A stretch of DNA of 64,000 bases, taken from positions 30,766,085 through 30,830,084 of the forward strand of contig NC_057724.1 of the NCBI RefSeq assembly GCF_004010195.1, written 5' to 3'. How positions within the stretch are numbered: the stretch's first letter is position 1; each line of letters starts with the position of its first letter. This document shows, one piece after another, positions 1 through 13,249 of the stretch. The translations under genes were made by a program, and so were the position numbers. The DNA comes from Chiloscyllium plagiosum (lineage: Eukaryota). The notes under the pieces were generated by a model. That model was not told the origin of the DNA, did not search any database, and saw only the letters and a program-made list of their open reading frames with translations.

Positions 1-78
1 AAACTGAAAATATGTGCTTCACGTGAGCGATTGGTTAATGTTTTCCTCATTTCTTAGAGCAGATCCAATGCAACATAC

Positions 79-216
79 CAGCCGAAGACTGCTGCAATCG
101 TGAAATTCGACTGCTGGGTATTTGCAAATTAGACTCAAAGTTCCGACTGTTTCTACCCGAATCAGAGCAGCGAATTCCAGACTTGGCCAGATTGGGCATA
201 CTACGACGCATTTCCT
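79..216 (-). CDS. SLAIN-family protein, coding exon 6 (gene continues beyond window)
   Basis: TTTTGTTACAG acceptor; EEMRRSMPNLAKSG...RNSRNFESNLQIPSSRISRLQQ resembles the SLAIN 'LRRSMPNL' block; G|GTATGT donor; 138 nt. This frame is not in the ORF track. Confidence 0.88.
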
Positions 217-595
217 CTGTAACAAAATGAAATGAAGCAAGGCTTAGCTGATCCAGCTTATATACAACTCCAGTCTAACACTGTGGTTGACTTAATGCTC
301 CCAGCAAACAGCACTGGTTAACAAATGCCACTTTGAGAGTCGTCAATATCCCAAGAACAAAAAAACTTTTTTTTACATGTGCAACATTAAGAAAATCCAG
401 AAGATGAGCACTTTGTCCATAAAGAAAGGTGGGTGTGTTTATTATCAACAATTAGATAGAATATTTTAGAATCACAAGTTCAATCATAGCCTATGTCAAA
501 AGAAAGGATTGCACTGAACAAGATTCATGGAAGTTTTCACTTCCTTAAAACAATCTCCAGGAACTTCTTACTCAATTTAACTATAGATTTAGTAC

Positions 596-901
596 CTTGA
601 TTTTTTGTATAATTCATTAGCTCCGATACACGACCCTGCAAACAGTGCCGAGAAGGCCGAACTCTGCCTGCAGTTGCTGCGCCACGAACTGGAGACTGCG
701 ATCGAGGTGAATTTCGTGGAGAAGGTGAATATCTATGCACACTGTGCTGGGGTAATGAGTAATCATATTCATCTTCATCATCCAAACTGTAAGTGTCAAA
801 TTCCTGATCACTATAAGTACCTCTCCGGAGGGAATTTAATGAGGCACTAGAGCTGCGGCGGGATGCAGATGCTGAACTAGAAGCATAGTCCTGACGGAGA
901 C
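596..901 (-). CDS. SLAIN-family protein, coding exon 5
   Basis: SLRQDYASSS...SLRRGTYSDQEFDTYSLDDE...SPSPRNSPRSQSP; TAAAG acceptor, CAAG|GTAC donor; 306 nt, in phase. Confidence 0.93.
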
Positions 902-1099
902 CTTTAGAAAGAAAACAAACAGTCTCATTACTAGAATTTTGTTCTCTTTGCCCATCTCTCAAACTGCAATCTGAAAAGCACATCCAGACAGCCATGGACA
1001 TCACGTAGCAACACGACCTAGCAATGGGGCAAGACCAAACTTGTAAAATCGTATACAGATTTGGTCAGCATATTCAAGGAAGGAGACAATTTTTACACA

Positions 1100-1562
1100 G
1101 TACAGCAGAGATTCACTATATCGATATATGGGATGAGAGGTTTGTCCTCCAGTGAGAAGTTGAGTAAATTGGGCTTATTCTCTCTGGAGTTTTAGAAGAA
1201 TGAGGGATGACCTGATCAAAATATTAAAACGATCACTAAAAAGGATGGCAAGAGGCCTGGGAAATGGAGAACATGTGGGCAATGTCAAGATAATGAGCTG
1301 ATCATTCAAGACCAAATTGAAAATACATTTCTTCAAAGGGTTATGATGTTTTGGAATTCTCAGCCACAAATGGTAGTGGATGGTCCATTGTTATCCATAT
1401 TTGTGACCAAAGGTGCCAATTATGTTTCCTCAGGGAATCTCAAAGGATATGGGGAGCAAGCAGAAGCATCAACTCGAAGCTTAAGATTGGCCATAATTGG
1501 ACAGAATGCCAAAGCATGGCTTGGGAAAACGAAATAGTTGCCTCCTGCTCTCATTCTTTATG
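1100..1562 (+). mobile_element. CR1-clade LINE 3' fragment (family B)
   Basis: Degenerate ORF2 end (LGLFSLEFRRMRDDLI-like) and 3'UTR ending CCTGCTCTCATTCTTTATG. Confidence 0.7.
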
Positions 1563-1581
1563 GCGAAGCTATTCCACATTA

Positions 1582-1926
<345 letters not shown>

Positions 1927-2089
1927 TCAAACAGAGTCGGATGATCAATTTGTCAGTTTCTTTTTGATTCAGATTGACACCATTTCTCTGCAGATTCAAA
2001 TGGATACATAGTTTTCAAATTAGCTTTTAAAATCATTAGTAACTAAACAAACATCACATTACATCAAATTTTTAAAAATATACTTTTTA

Positions 2090-2236
2090 TAGAACAGCCT
2101 CAGTTATACGAACATCAATCATCTGAATTTCAGATTATCCAAACACTATCTCAAGGTCCTGTAAAATCATTATCCGAACAGTTATCTGAACAAAATACTC
2201 TCTGCCCATCTCGTTAGATAATCATGGTTGTCCTGT
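2090..2236. mobile_element. Tigger/pogo-like MITE remnant
   Basis: Repeated TTATCCGAAC-type subterminal motifs and an inverted GATAATC end. Confidence 0.45.
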
Positions 2237-2674
2237 TTTTGTAGATATACAGAACAATCACACACATGTTGGGACATGATTTTCTTAGAATATACAGCAG
2301 TGCACTACAATCAGAACAACCAGTGTATGAAATAAGAAATATACTGAAACATCAGAGATAGTGGTGCAAGAGGATTGTTGTTGCTTTTCATTATTGGAAT
2401 CAAGAGCTCAAATCAAAATCCACAATGATTACATAAATGTTTTCTCCACTTAAGCGACTCCAATGTGACCTGATTGGGAATGGATGAAACATTTAGGCAG
2501 CAGACTGGAGACTAAACTGGTCCAATCTGGACAAGCTCGTGTAAGCAGTCAGAAAAATAAAATTCAAATTGAGGGACTCAACTTTATACAGCTAATAAAT
2601 AAAGTAGGAATTTTATTTTTCACCTAACGTGACGCTATTGAGCAAAAAGTAGTGTAAATTGTTGCTTATACCAA

Positions 2675-2730
2675 GGTTAGGATTCGACGTTTTCACCATC
2701 GCGGCCCAGGTTCGAATCCTGGTCAGGGAA
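2675..2730 (+). pseudogene. 5'-truncated tRNA-Glu(TTC) pseudogene
   Basis: GGTTAGGATTCGACGTTTTCACCATCGCGGCCCAGGTTCGAATCCTGGTCAGGGAA closely follows vertebrate tRNA-Glu from the D-loop to the 3' end; anticodon TTC 2692-2694; 5' acceptor strand missing; no CCA. Confidence 0.85.
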
Positions 2731-2879
2731 CAGGCACTGTTAAATTACATTCGTTAATGCATTATTGCTTACTCTTGATATTTTGAATGCAAACATTTGT
2801 GAATTTAAAATCATGTTTTGGATTCTGAGTAATCTAAGATGAATGACAGGAAAAATTTCTGGCTGTTAACAGCTGCTCC

Positions 2880-5800
2880 TTTTTTTTGAAGTATTTTAGG
2901 TGCTGAAGGTGATTTCCTTGAATTCCAGGAGCAGCTGTTAATATGCTGTTACATTGTTTTGGAACTTTGGAGGAAAAAAAAAGTCAAACCAGCAGTTTTA
3001 AAAGAAAGAAGACAAAGGAAACACATGGTGAGGTCAGTGCAGGAGAGAGAGAGATAAAGAAACTGACACTGCCTTTGCTGTTTGAATTCATGTATCGCTG
3101 GACATCGGAGTGAGAGTGGGAAAATTAACAAACAGTGAAATTCACAACTGATGTTGGAGGAACTGTTGGGTGAAGTTCACAGCACAGAAACAGATGAGTG
3201 TACTGTTGTCTTAAGCGTGACCTACAGAAAGGCTGCAGTAGTGAGTAGAATGGGTCGTTTCTTGATTGTATTTTTGGAGGTGTCTCTTGATGAAACTTAA
3301 AATATAAGTCATAACTATTAATTTAACCTGGGGCAGTGTTTGTAGAGGAATAAGACAATGTTATTTTCTGGGTCTATAAATTGTGAAGATGCAAGTAGAG
3401 TGAAATGTGCTTCTTGTCAAATGTGGGAGTTTAAAAGAGAGTTTAAGGAATACAGCGGATTATATCTGCCATAAATACTGTTTGTTGCGAATCTTATCGG
3501 ATTGAATGGATCAGTTGGAGAGACAGTTAGAAGCAATGAGGAATTTGCAACAACAATAATATGTGATGGATGGCAGTTATTGGAATGGGGGAAGTCTCCG
3601 ATACAGTCACATAGATGGGTTTACGCCAGGAAAGGTAGAGAGGTAGGCACTTAGTGCAGGAGTTTTTTTGGGCTAAACCCATTTCAAACAAGTATGCTGA
3701 CTTGGAAAATGTTGGGGGTTGGGGGGGGGGGGGGGGAACTGAATCTCAGGGGAATGTAGCACAAACAGCCAAGTTTCTGGTATTGCGACTAGCTCTAATG
3801 CAATGAGGAGTACATCGGCTTCCGAGAGTTCAACTGTGTTAGGGGATTCTCGAGATCAAGGTACAGACAGACGATTGTGGCCAGTAGCGAAAAATCAGAA
3901 TGGTGTGTTGCTTCCCTCGTGCCAGGATCAAAGATATCTCAGAGAGGGTGCAGAATGTTCTCACAGGGGAGAGGGGCCAGCAAGAGGTCATTGTCCACAT
4001 CGGAACTAACAACATAGGAAGGAAAAAGGTGGAGAGTCTGAAGGGAGATTACAGAGAATTAGGCAGGAATTTAAAAAGGAGTCATTGAGAGTAGTAATAT
4101 CTGGATTACGCCTGGTGCTGCGAGTTAGTGAGGGCAGGAACAGGAGGATACAGCCTCCTATGCATGGCTGAGGAGCTAGTGTATGGAAGAAGGATTCACA
4201 TTTTTGGAACATTGGAATCTCTCCCGGGGTAGAAGAAGTGACCTGTACAAGGAGGACAGATTGCACCTAAATTGGAAGGGGACTAATGTACTTGCAGGGA
4301 AATTTGCTGGAGATGCTCAGGAGGATTTAAAGTAGCAAGGGTGGGGGGGGGGGGGAACCCAGGGAGATAGTGAGGAAAGAGGTCAATCCAAGACTGACAC
4401 AGTTTAGAACAGAAGGGAGTCAAATAGTCAGGGCAGGCAAGGACACGGTAGGACGAAAATTATAAACTGCATTTATTTCAATGCAAGGGGCCTAACAGGG
4501 AAGGCAGATGAACTCAGGGCATGATTGGGAACATGGGACTGGGATATCATAGCAATTACCGAAACATGGCTCATGGATGGACAGGATTGGCAACTTAATG
4601 TTCCAGGATACAAATGCTACAGGAAAGATAGAAGGGGAGGCAAGAGAGGAAGGTGAGTGGCGTTTTTGATAAGGGATAGCATTACAGCTGTGCTGAGGTA
4701 GGATATTCCTGGAAATACATCCAAGGAGGTTATTTGGGTAGAACTGAGAAATAAGAAAGGGATGATTATTGCAATTGTATTATAGACCCACTAATAGTCA
4801 GAGGGAAATTTGAGAAACAAATTTGTAAGGAGATCTCAGCTACCTTTAAGAATAATAGTGTGATTATAGTAGGGGATTTTAACTTTCCAAACATAAATTG
4901 AAACTGCCATAGTGTTAAGGGTTTAGATGGAGAAGAATTTGTTAAGTGTGTACAAGAAAATTTTCTGATTCAGTATGTGGATGTACCTACTAGAGAAGGT
5001 GCAAAACTTGACCTACTCTTGGGAAATAAGACTGGTCAAGTGACTGAGGTGTCAGTGGGGGAGCACTTTGGGGCCAGCGACCATAATTCAATTAGATTTA
5101 AATTAGTGATGTAAAAGGATAGACCAGATCCAAAAGCTGCTGAAGTTCTAAACTGGAGAAAGGCCAATTTTGATGGTATTAGGCAAGAACTTTCAAAAGC
5201 TGATTGGGAGCAGATGTTCGCAGGAAAAGGCACAGCTGGAAAATTGGAAGCCTTCAGAAATGAGATAACAAGAATCCACAAAGTATATTCCTGTATACTT
5301 ACGAGGGGTATACTTACGAGGGAAATCAGGAGGGCAAAGAAGGGACATGAGATAGCTTTGGCAAACAGAATTAAGGAGAATCCAAAGGGTTTTTACAAAA
5401 ACATTAAGCACAAAAGCGTACCTGGGGAGAAAATAGGGCGCTCAAAGATCATTGAGGAGAAAGTGAGGTCTGCAGATGCTGGAGATCAGAGCTGAAAATG
5501 TGTTGCTGGAAAAGCGCAGCAGGTCAGGCAGCATCCAGGGAACAGGAGAATCGACGGCTTATGCGCTTTTCCTGCAACACATTTTCAGCCCCTCAAAGAT
5601 CAGCAAGGCAGCCTTTGTGTGGAGCCGCAAAAAATGGGGGAGATACTAAACGAGTATTTTGCATCGTATTTAATATGGAAAAGGATATGAAAGATATAGA
5701 TTACAGGGAAATAGATGGTGACATCTTGCAAAATGTTCAAATTACAGAGGAGGAAGTGCTGGATGTCTTGAAATGCATAAAAGGTGGATAAATCCCCAGG

Positions 5801-7310
5801 ACCTGATCAAGTGTACTCTAGAATCTGTGGGAAGCTAGAGAAGTGATTGCTGGGCCTCTTGCTGAGATATTTGTATCATCGATAGTCAAAGGTGAGGTAC
5901 TAGAAGACTGGTGGTTGGTTAACATGGTGCCACTGTTTAAGAAGAGTGGGGAGGACAAGCCAGGGAACTAGAGACCAGTGAGCCTGACGTCAGTGATGGG
6001 CACGTTGTTGGAGGGAATCCTGAGGGACAGGATGTACATGTATTTGGAAAGGCAAGGACTGATTCGGGATAGTCCACATGGCTTTGTGCATGGGAAATCA
6101 TGTCTCACAAACTTGATTGAGTTTTTTGAGGAAGTAACAAAGAGGATTGATGAGGGCAGAGCAGAAGATGTGATCTATATGCATTTTAGTAAGGCATTCA
6201 ACAAGGTTTCCCATGAAATTGATTAGCAAGGTTAGATCTCATGGAATACAGGAAGAACTAGCCATTTGGATACATAACTGGCTCAAAGATAGAAGACAAA
6301 GGATGATGGTGGAGGGTTGTTTTTCAGACTGGAGGTCTGTGACCAGTGGAGTGCCACAAGCATCGGTGCTGGGTCCTCTACGCTTTGTCATTTACATAAT
6401 TGATTTGGATGCGAGCATAAGAGATAGTTAGTAAGTTTGCAAATGATACCAAAATTGGAGGTGTAGTGGAAAGTGAAGAGCGTTACCTCAGATTACAACA
6501 GGATCTTGACCAGATGGGCCAATGGGCAAAGAAGTGGCAGATGGAGTTTAATTCAGATAAATGCGAGGTGCTGCATTTTGGGAAAGCAAATCTTAGCAGG
6601 ACATATACACTTAATGGTAGGGTCCTAGGGAGTGTTGCTGAACAAAGAGACCTTGGAGTGCAGGTTCATAGCTCCTTGAAAAAGTGGAGTCGCAGGTAGG
6701 TAGGATCGTGAAGGTGGTGTTTGGTATGCTTTCCTTTATTGGTCAGAGTATTGAGTACAGGGGTTGGGAGGTCATATTGAGGCTGTACAGGACATTGGTT
6801 AGGCCACTGTTGGAATATTGCATGCAATTCCGGTCTCCTTCCCATCAGAAAGATGTTGTGAAACATGAAAGGGTTCAGAAAAGATTTACAAGGATGTTGC
6901 CAGGGTTGAAGGATTTGAGCTATAGGGAGAGGCTGAACAGGCTGGGACTGTTTTCCTTGGAGCGTCAGAGGCTGGGGGGTGACCTTATGAGAGGCATGGA
7001 TAGGATAAGTAGGCAAAGTCTTTTCCTTGGGGTCGGGGAGTCCAGAACGAGAGGGCATAGGTTTAGGGTGAGAGGGGAAAGATATAAAAGAGACCTACGG
7101 GGCAACATTTTCACACAAAGGGTGGTACATTAATGGATTGAGCTGCCAGAGGAAGTGGGAGGCTGGTACAATTGCAACATTTAAGAGGCGTTTGGAGGGA
7201 TATGGGCCGGGTGCTGGCAGGTGGGAGTAGATTAGGTTGGGATATCTGGTCGGCATGGACGAGTTGGACCGAAGGGTCTGTTTCCAAGCTGTACATCTCT
7301 ATGACTCTAT
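2880..7310 (+). mobile_element. Near full-length, decayed CR1-clade LINE (family A, HER1-like)
   Basis: ORF1 remnants (Cys-rich start ~3400; SGNH esterase VCCFP.ARI...VIVHIGTNNIG 3900-4088), APE endonuclease (CIYFNARGL...IIAITETWL ~4460), RT pieces (SGVPQ.SVLGP, LEYC.QF.SP) and CTCTATGA tail; many stops and frameshifts. Confidence 0.92.
5452..5591. mobile_element. Fold-back Penelope pLTR mini-insertion inside CR1 ORF2
   Basis: 28-bp inverted arms 5491-5518 / 5562-5589 (1 mismatch); TSD CTCAAAGATCA at 5441-5451 and 5592-5602. Confidence 0.8.
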
Positions 7311-8163
7311 AACATGAACAGATTGTGAAATAAATGTGATAGCACACAAAGATGACAATGCAAGCATTACTTTCCAAGATGTTAGCTAAAATTTTGGGTT
7401 TATTTATTCTTCCATAGCATTACTGGTAAGGCCCACTAGACAGATCCCTAACAGTCCTTCAGCAGTCTTAGTAGGTTATTTCAGACAGCAGTTGCAAGTC
7501 AATCACATTCAACTCAGCAATCATATTCAGGGCAAACCAGACAAGGATAGCAGATTTCTCTCTCCTAAAAACTGTGAACTCTGTATTATGATTACAAAAA
7601 AAAGTCACTATTCGACAAGCTTTGGTTTCCAGATGCTATAAAAATCTTAAATTTTAGCATTCATTTCTCAGTCCCCACTACGTTAACCTGGGGTGCTGGC
7701 TTACCAGCCAAGTGACATTACCATGATGTCATCATCTTCTCTAAGCCTACCACAAATACTTCAGCTCCTTTAATACAGCTGATAGGAGTTGTATGGGTTG
7801 GTGGGGTAGGGTGGGGAGGTTGTTCTACCCTAAACCAGAAACTGAACTGCTTTAGCCATATCAACTGCACCTACAAGGCACAAGTCAGATGTATGATGGA
7901 ATACTGCCTACTTGCGTGGACGAATATTTAGGAGGCAGGGTGAGTAATTTTGCAGATAACACCAAAATTGGTGGTCTCGTTAATAGTGAAGGGTATCTAA
8001 GATTAGAAAAGTGATGTAGATCAATTGGGCCAATGGGCTGAAGAGTGGCAAATGGAATTTAATGTGGATAAATGCAAGGTTTTGCATTTTGGTAAAACAA
8101 AGACAGGACCTGTACATCAGGTTGAGGTTTAGGGTGTAGGTTTGCTTGCTGAGCTGAAGGTTT

Positions 8164-8213
8164 GATATCCAGACGTTTCATTACCTGGCTAGGTAACATC
8201 ATCAGTGGCGACC
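8164..8213 (-). ncRNA. Minimal hammerhead ribozyme motif (inverted copy; sense to SLAIN pre-mRNA)
   Basis: Reverse complement has the same core and stems as 10964-11013; predicted cleavage between 8172 and 8171. Confidence 0.8.
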
Positions 8214-10963
8214 TCCAAGTGAAGCGAAGCTGTTGTCTCCTGCTTTCTATTTATATCTTTCTCCAGGATGGGGTTCCTGGGGTTTGTGGTGATGTCATTT
8301 CCTGTTCGTTTTCTATGTGGTTGATAGATGGTATCGAGATCTGTGTGTTTGTTTATGGCATTGCGGTTGGAGTGCCAGGCCTCTGGGAATTCTCTAGCAT
8401 GTCTTTGCTTAGCCTGTCCCAGGATAGGTGTGTTGTCCCAGTCGAAATGGTGGTTTTTTTTAATCCCTCTCTGTGTGTAGGGCGACGAGGGAGAGGGGGT
8501 AGTGTCTTTTTGTGGCTAGCTAGTGTTCGTGTATCCTGGTGGCTAACTTTCTTCCTGTTTATCCTATGTAGTGTTTCTGGCAGTCTTTGCATGGAATTTT
8601 GTAGATGACGTTGGTTTTGTCCATGGGTTGTACTGGGTCTTTTAAGTTTGTTAGTTTTTGTTTGAGTGTTAGTGGGTTTGTATGCTACTAGGATTCCGAT
8701 GGGTCTTAGTAGTCTGGCTGTCATTTCTGAAACTGCTTTGATGTATGGTAAGGTGGTTAAGGTTTCTGGCTGTGTTTGGTCTGCTTATCGTGGTTTGTTC
8801 TTGAGGAATCTGCGCACTTTTTTTTTTGAGTATCCGTTCTTCTTGGTTCTTCTCTGTTTTCCAAAGTTCGTCTGTGCTGCAGTGTGATGTGGTTCATTGG
8901 AAGTGTTCTGATACAGCTTCGTTTGTGTGTGTTGGGATGGTTGCTGGTGTAGTTAAGTATTTGGTCAGTGTTTGTCGGTTTTCTGTATACGCAGGTTTGT
9001 AGTTCTCCATTGTCCGTTCTTTCAACTGTGATGTCCAGGAATGGGAGTTTGCTGTTGGTTTCTTCCTCCTTGGTGAACTAAATTTCAATTACTGAGATGC
9101 TGACAAGGATTTCCTAGCGGCATTAGAAACCACATTGAAGGATAACAAACTCCTGGAAGAAACACAACAAGCGATCACACAGACAGTTGCACCTACTCTG
9201 AGCCGAAAGAGGGAAGGAAACAAACTGAACACACGAGAAAAGAAAGCCCTAGAAAACCTTAAAAAATACAAAAACATCGTTATATTACCTGCAGACAAAG
9301 GTCGGCTCACAGTCATCCTGAACAGAAGGGACTACATAGAGAAAGCCAAGGCACTACTCGCAGACACCAACACTTACCAACAGGTGGCGCTAGACCCGAC
9401 CCCCACAATTAGGAAACAAAATTACATATCTCCTAAGAAAATTACACAATTCCGGACAATTAAACAAGATGGAATTCCAAAAAAAAATGAAACCCGACGG
9501 GACCAACACCCCACGATTCTACGGTCTACCAAAAATCCATAAACCAGGAGCCCCCCTCAGACCCATTGTCTCACTACCCGGAACACCAACTTACAGACTG
9601 GCCAAAGAACTATACGCAAGACTGAAATACCTAGAAGAGTCACAGCACTCCACCCACGAATTCCTAGAAATCATCAAAAACACCAAAACAGAGGAAGACG
9701 AAACAATGATCTCATTGGACGAAACAGCACTGTTCACCTCCATCAACATCGACCTGGGAAAGGAAACACTTGCCACACTTTTAGAAGAGACCATCACACA
9801 CACCCCCAACCACCATCAATCACATTACCAATGAAAACATCATGAAGCTAGTGGACCCACCACCACCCACCCACTTCACCTTCAACAACATAATCTACAA
9901 ACAAACCAACGGCACCAGGAGTTTGTTATCCTTCACCCATGGGATCTCCGCTATCAGGATTCATAGCAGAAACGGTAATGCAAAGACTAGAACAAACAGC
10001 CCTACCAACCATCAAACCAAAAATCTGGGTCCGCTACGTAGATCTCACCTTTGTCATCACAAAACGAAACAAGATAGAAGAGACATTTATCATCATCAAC
10101 AACACCCTCACAGGCATAAAGTTCACCAAGGAGGAAGAAACCAACAACAAACTCGCATTCCTGGACGTCACAGTCAAAAGAACGGACAACGGAGAACTAC
10201 AAACCTGCAAATACAGAAAACTGACAAACACTGACCAAATACTTAACTACATCAGCAACCATCTCAACACACACAAACGAAGCTGTATCAGAACACTATT
10301 CCAATGAGCCACATCACACTGCAGCACAGACGAACTTTGGAAAACAGAGGAGACCCACCTATACAACGTATTCAAGAAGAAAGGATGCTCAAAAAAAAAA
10401 AGAGTGTGCAGATTCCTCAAGAACAAACCACGACAAGCAGACCAAACACAGCCAGAAACCATAACCACCTTACCATACATCAAAGAAGTTTCAGAAATGA
10501 CAGCCAGACGACTAAGACCCCTCGGAATCCTAGTAGCACACAACACTCTCAAACAAAAACTAACAAACTTAAAAGACCCAGTACATCCCATGGACAAAAC
10601 CAACGTCGTCTACAAAATTCCATGCAAGGATTGCCACAAACACTACGTAGGACAAACAGGATGAAAGTTAGCCACCAGGATACACGAATACCAGCTAGCC
10701 ACAAAAAGACACGACCCTCTCTCCCTGGTAGCCCTACACACGGAGGGAAAAAAAACCACCATTTCGACTGGGACAGGCTAAGCAAAGACATGCCAAAGAA
10801 TTCCTAGAGGCCTGGCACTCCAACCACAACGCCATAAACAAACACAGATCTAGATACCATCTATCAACCCCTCAGAAAATGACATCACCACAAACCGCAG
10901 GAACCCCATCCAGGACAAACATATAAATAGAAAGCAGGAGTCAACAGCTTTGCTTCACTTGGA

Positions 10964-11013
10964 GATCGCCACTGATGATGTTACCTAGCCAGGTAATGAA
11001 ACGTCTGGATATC
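10964..11013 (+). ncRNA. Minimal type I hammerhead ribozyme motif in a Penelope pLTR
   Basis: CCA-CTGATGA-T-GTTACCT(AGCC)AGGTAAT-GAAA-CG-TC^TGG: intact core, stem II, palindromic ACGT stem III, GUC triplet, stem I CCA/TGG plus GAT/ATC. Confidence 0.8.
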
Positions 11014-12034
11014 AAACCTACAGCTCAGCAAGCAAACCTACACCCTAGGACTTGTACAGTTAATGGTAGGGCCATGAGTAGTGCTGTCAGAGAGACGTAG
11101 GAGTTCGGGTACATAGCTCTTTGAAAGTTGCATTACAGGTAAACAGGGTGGTCAAGAAAGCACTTAGCTTGCACTGATTGCTCAGATCATTGTATATCCG
11201 AGTCAGGACATCTGTGGAGTTTGTACAGGACGTGGCCGAGGCAGAGGCCACATTTTGGAGTACTATGTACAGTTGTGGTCACCCTGCTATTGAATGATAT
11301 TAAATTGGAGAGGGTTCAGAACAGATTTGCACATGCACCTACTTGTACTTCCATTCATTTGAATGTTATGAACACATGATTTGCGGTGAAGTGTACAGTC
11401 TAGAATGAACTACATCGTTACTCACATTCCTAAAGAAATACTTCACCGATCCTATCCATATTTATTCAATTGCTTTTGTGGATAATGTTTGTACCCCAAA
11501 TCTCTACTTGTGCAAAAGGGCATATGTAATTTTTATAAATCAGCAGGCAAATTATAAAACATTTTCCAAATGACCCACTAATAAAACTCCAAAAGACAAC
11601 ATGGAAATGGAATACAATTACTGAAAAAAAAACGAGAGGACATGCAAAAAGTGTCCACAGAAGTCAAAAATCAAGAATGGTCAAGTTGGCAAAAAGAATT
11701 TGGACAAAATAGCTTTACAAAACAAGAAAGTATTTCTACTTGGCCCTTTCCTAGTTTTTCTTTGTTTGAAACACACTGATCCACATTGACAAATTCGAGA
11801 TTTATTTTTATTTGATAATTTTGTACAAAATCTACACATCCCAATTTATTAGAAACTGCATTCCCTTTACCTTGTACGGTACAACTGATGGAAAAGAGGC
11901 ATTGTAGAATTTAAGTCCACTTAAGACATGAATTTGCAAGTTTAGAGGAGTTTGCAAAGATTGCCTTGAGATGCAATTCAAAATCCTTTCCACTCTGACA
12001 CTAAGACACACAAATGGAAATCGGGACATAACAC

Positions 12035-12122
12035 TCGTGCTTCACCATAGGCTCACCGATGTTACCTAGCATGAAACGGCTGAAAACAAACCTTCCAGCG
12101 CAGTGAGCAAACTTACAACCTG
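12035..12122 (+). mobile_element. Degenerate solo Penelope pLTR
   Basis: Similar to the 10950-11046 terminus (GATGTTACCTAG...GAAACG...GAGCAAACTTAC). Confidence 0.6.
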
Positions 12123-12819
12123 AAATTCAGAACCCTCTGAAACCGGACTTCTGACAGAACTAGGGACTCTATCCAGAGGTTTCCAGATACCAGATACTCG
12201 CCCTTGGAAATTTCAACTTGCCAGCCAAATATCATGTAATCCATGCATCGGGACTTTGAAAAATCCAAATAAAGATCTTCCTGGGTAATGGTCTGGACTT
12301 TCCTGACAGCAAAACATCTGTGCGTTGCTTTCCACTGCATCCAGGTTTTGCGACATTGTTAAAAATCCTCTCTGTCTGTATATATCCCAGATTCTCATTT
12401 TTATTTTGCTTTAGTCATTTACAGGGATCAAATTACAAAACTATTCTCAATTACCAAGCCAAAATTAACTATTGACTCAAGTCTTTCAATAGTTTAAGAA
12501 CATTTCATGTACTGCTTAAAGAGAAAATAATATCAGTAACTTTTCCTGTCAAAATCTTGCCCAGCAAAATCAATATTAACACTGCAGAGAGATTTTCAAT
12601 ATGAAGAATGAAAATGCAAGTTAATTATTAGAGAGTTCCCAGCATCTATGAAATTACTTTATTAAAAGGTCAGTAACTTATGAAGAAAATGGTACACAAA
12701 AATTCAAAGTCATGCATGAAAATATAATACCCACTTCAATTAAGAATCAGAAAAAAAACTGAGGCATAATATTCTTTAGAATATTTGGATAAGCTTGACA
12801 ATAGATTATCGATCATAAG

Positions 12820-12960
12820 ACAGGCTCAGTTGGCTGGATGGCTGATTTGCAACACATGGGTTTATTTTCTGCATTAGCTGAGATTATCGTGAAGGACTCT
12901 CCTGCTCAACCTCTCTCCTCACCTAGCCCTATAGTCTGGTAGGACTATGATGATTTTACT
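12820..12960 (+). mobile_element. Unclassified tRNA-like SINE fragment (related copy 31473-31645)
   Basis: Shared CAACCTCTC...GCCCTAT..TCTGG.A.GACTATG blocks in both copies. Confidence 0.5.
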
Positions 12961-13249
12961 GTTACTTATCATAAAATCTACTTTGGCACTATATACAGCA
13001 TTGCCGCAGTCTCTTGAATTTGGGATTAGAAAAAATAGCTTAAAAGCTTGAAAGATAATCAGCATTTTAAACTAAACACATTACAATTTGCTAAGTGGCT
13101 CGAGCATAAATTGCATCTATAAATCCTGAATTTATGTAGGTGTAGAGAAAAAAATTAAGTGAATTCAGGTGGAACTTCAAACTATAATTTTGTCAGTGAA
13201 AATAAAAATAACTTAAATTTAGAATTAACATACATCTACCTGTATGTTA

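Larger units (their letters stand above)
8117..11046 (+). mobile_element. Penelope-like element (RT + GIY-YIG) with ~0.95-kb inverted 3' copy at its left end
   Basis: ORF pieces ILPADKGR, FYGLPKIHKPGAPLRPIVS, MGSPLSG...WVRYVD, VVYKIPCKDCHKHYVGQTG; 8131-9080 is the reverse complement of ~10120-11046; TSD AGGAC(C/T)TGTACA at 8105-8116 / 11047-11058. Confidence 0.93.
7935..11330 (+). mobile_element. CR1 ORF2 fragment split by the Penelope insertion (7935-8116 and 11047-11330)
   Basis: RT C-terminal sequence (KC.VLHFGK...RTCT|VNGR) resumes across the insertion. Confidence 0.75.

Noticed and set aside
3716-3736. Poly-G runs (also ~4340, ~24732, ~51700) as functional G-quadruplexes
   Set aside because: Mostly homopolymer expansions inside decayed retroelements; no other support.
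2880-11046. Active autonomous CR1 or Penelope
   Set aside because: Both have multiple stops, frameshifts and truncations.
12113-12398. Two overlapping minus-strand ORFs in SLAIN intron 3
   Set aside because: No recognisable homology or splice signals; partly repeat-like.
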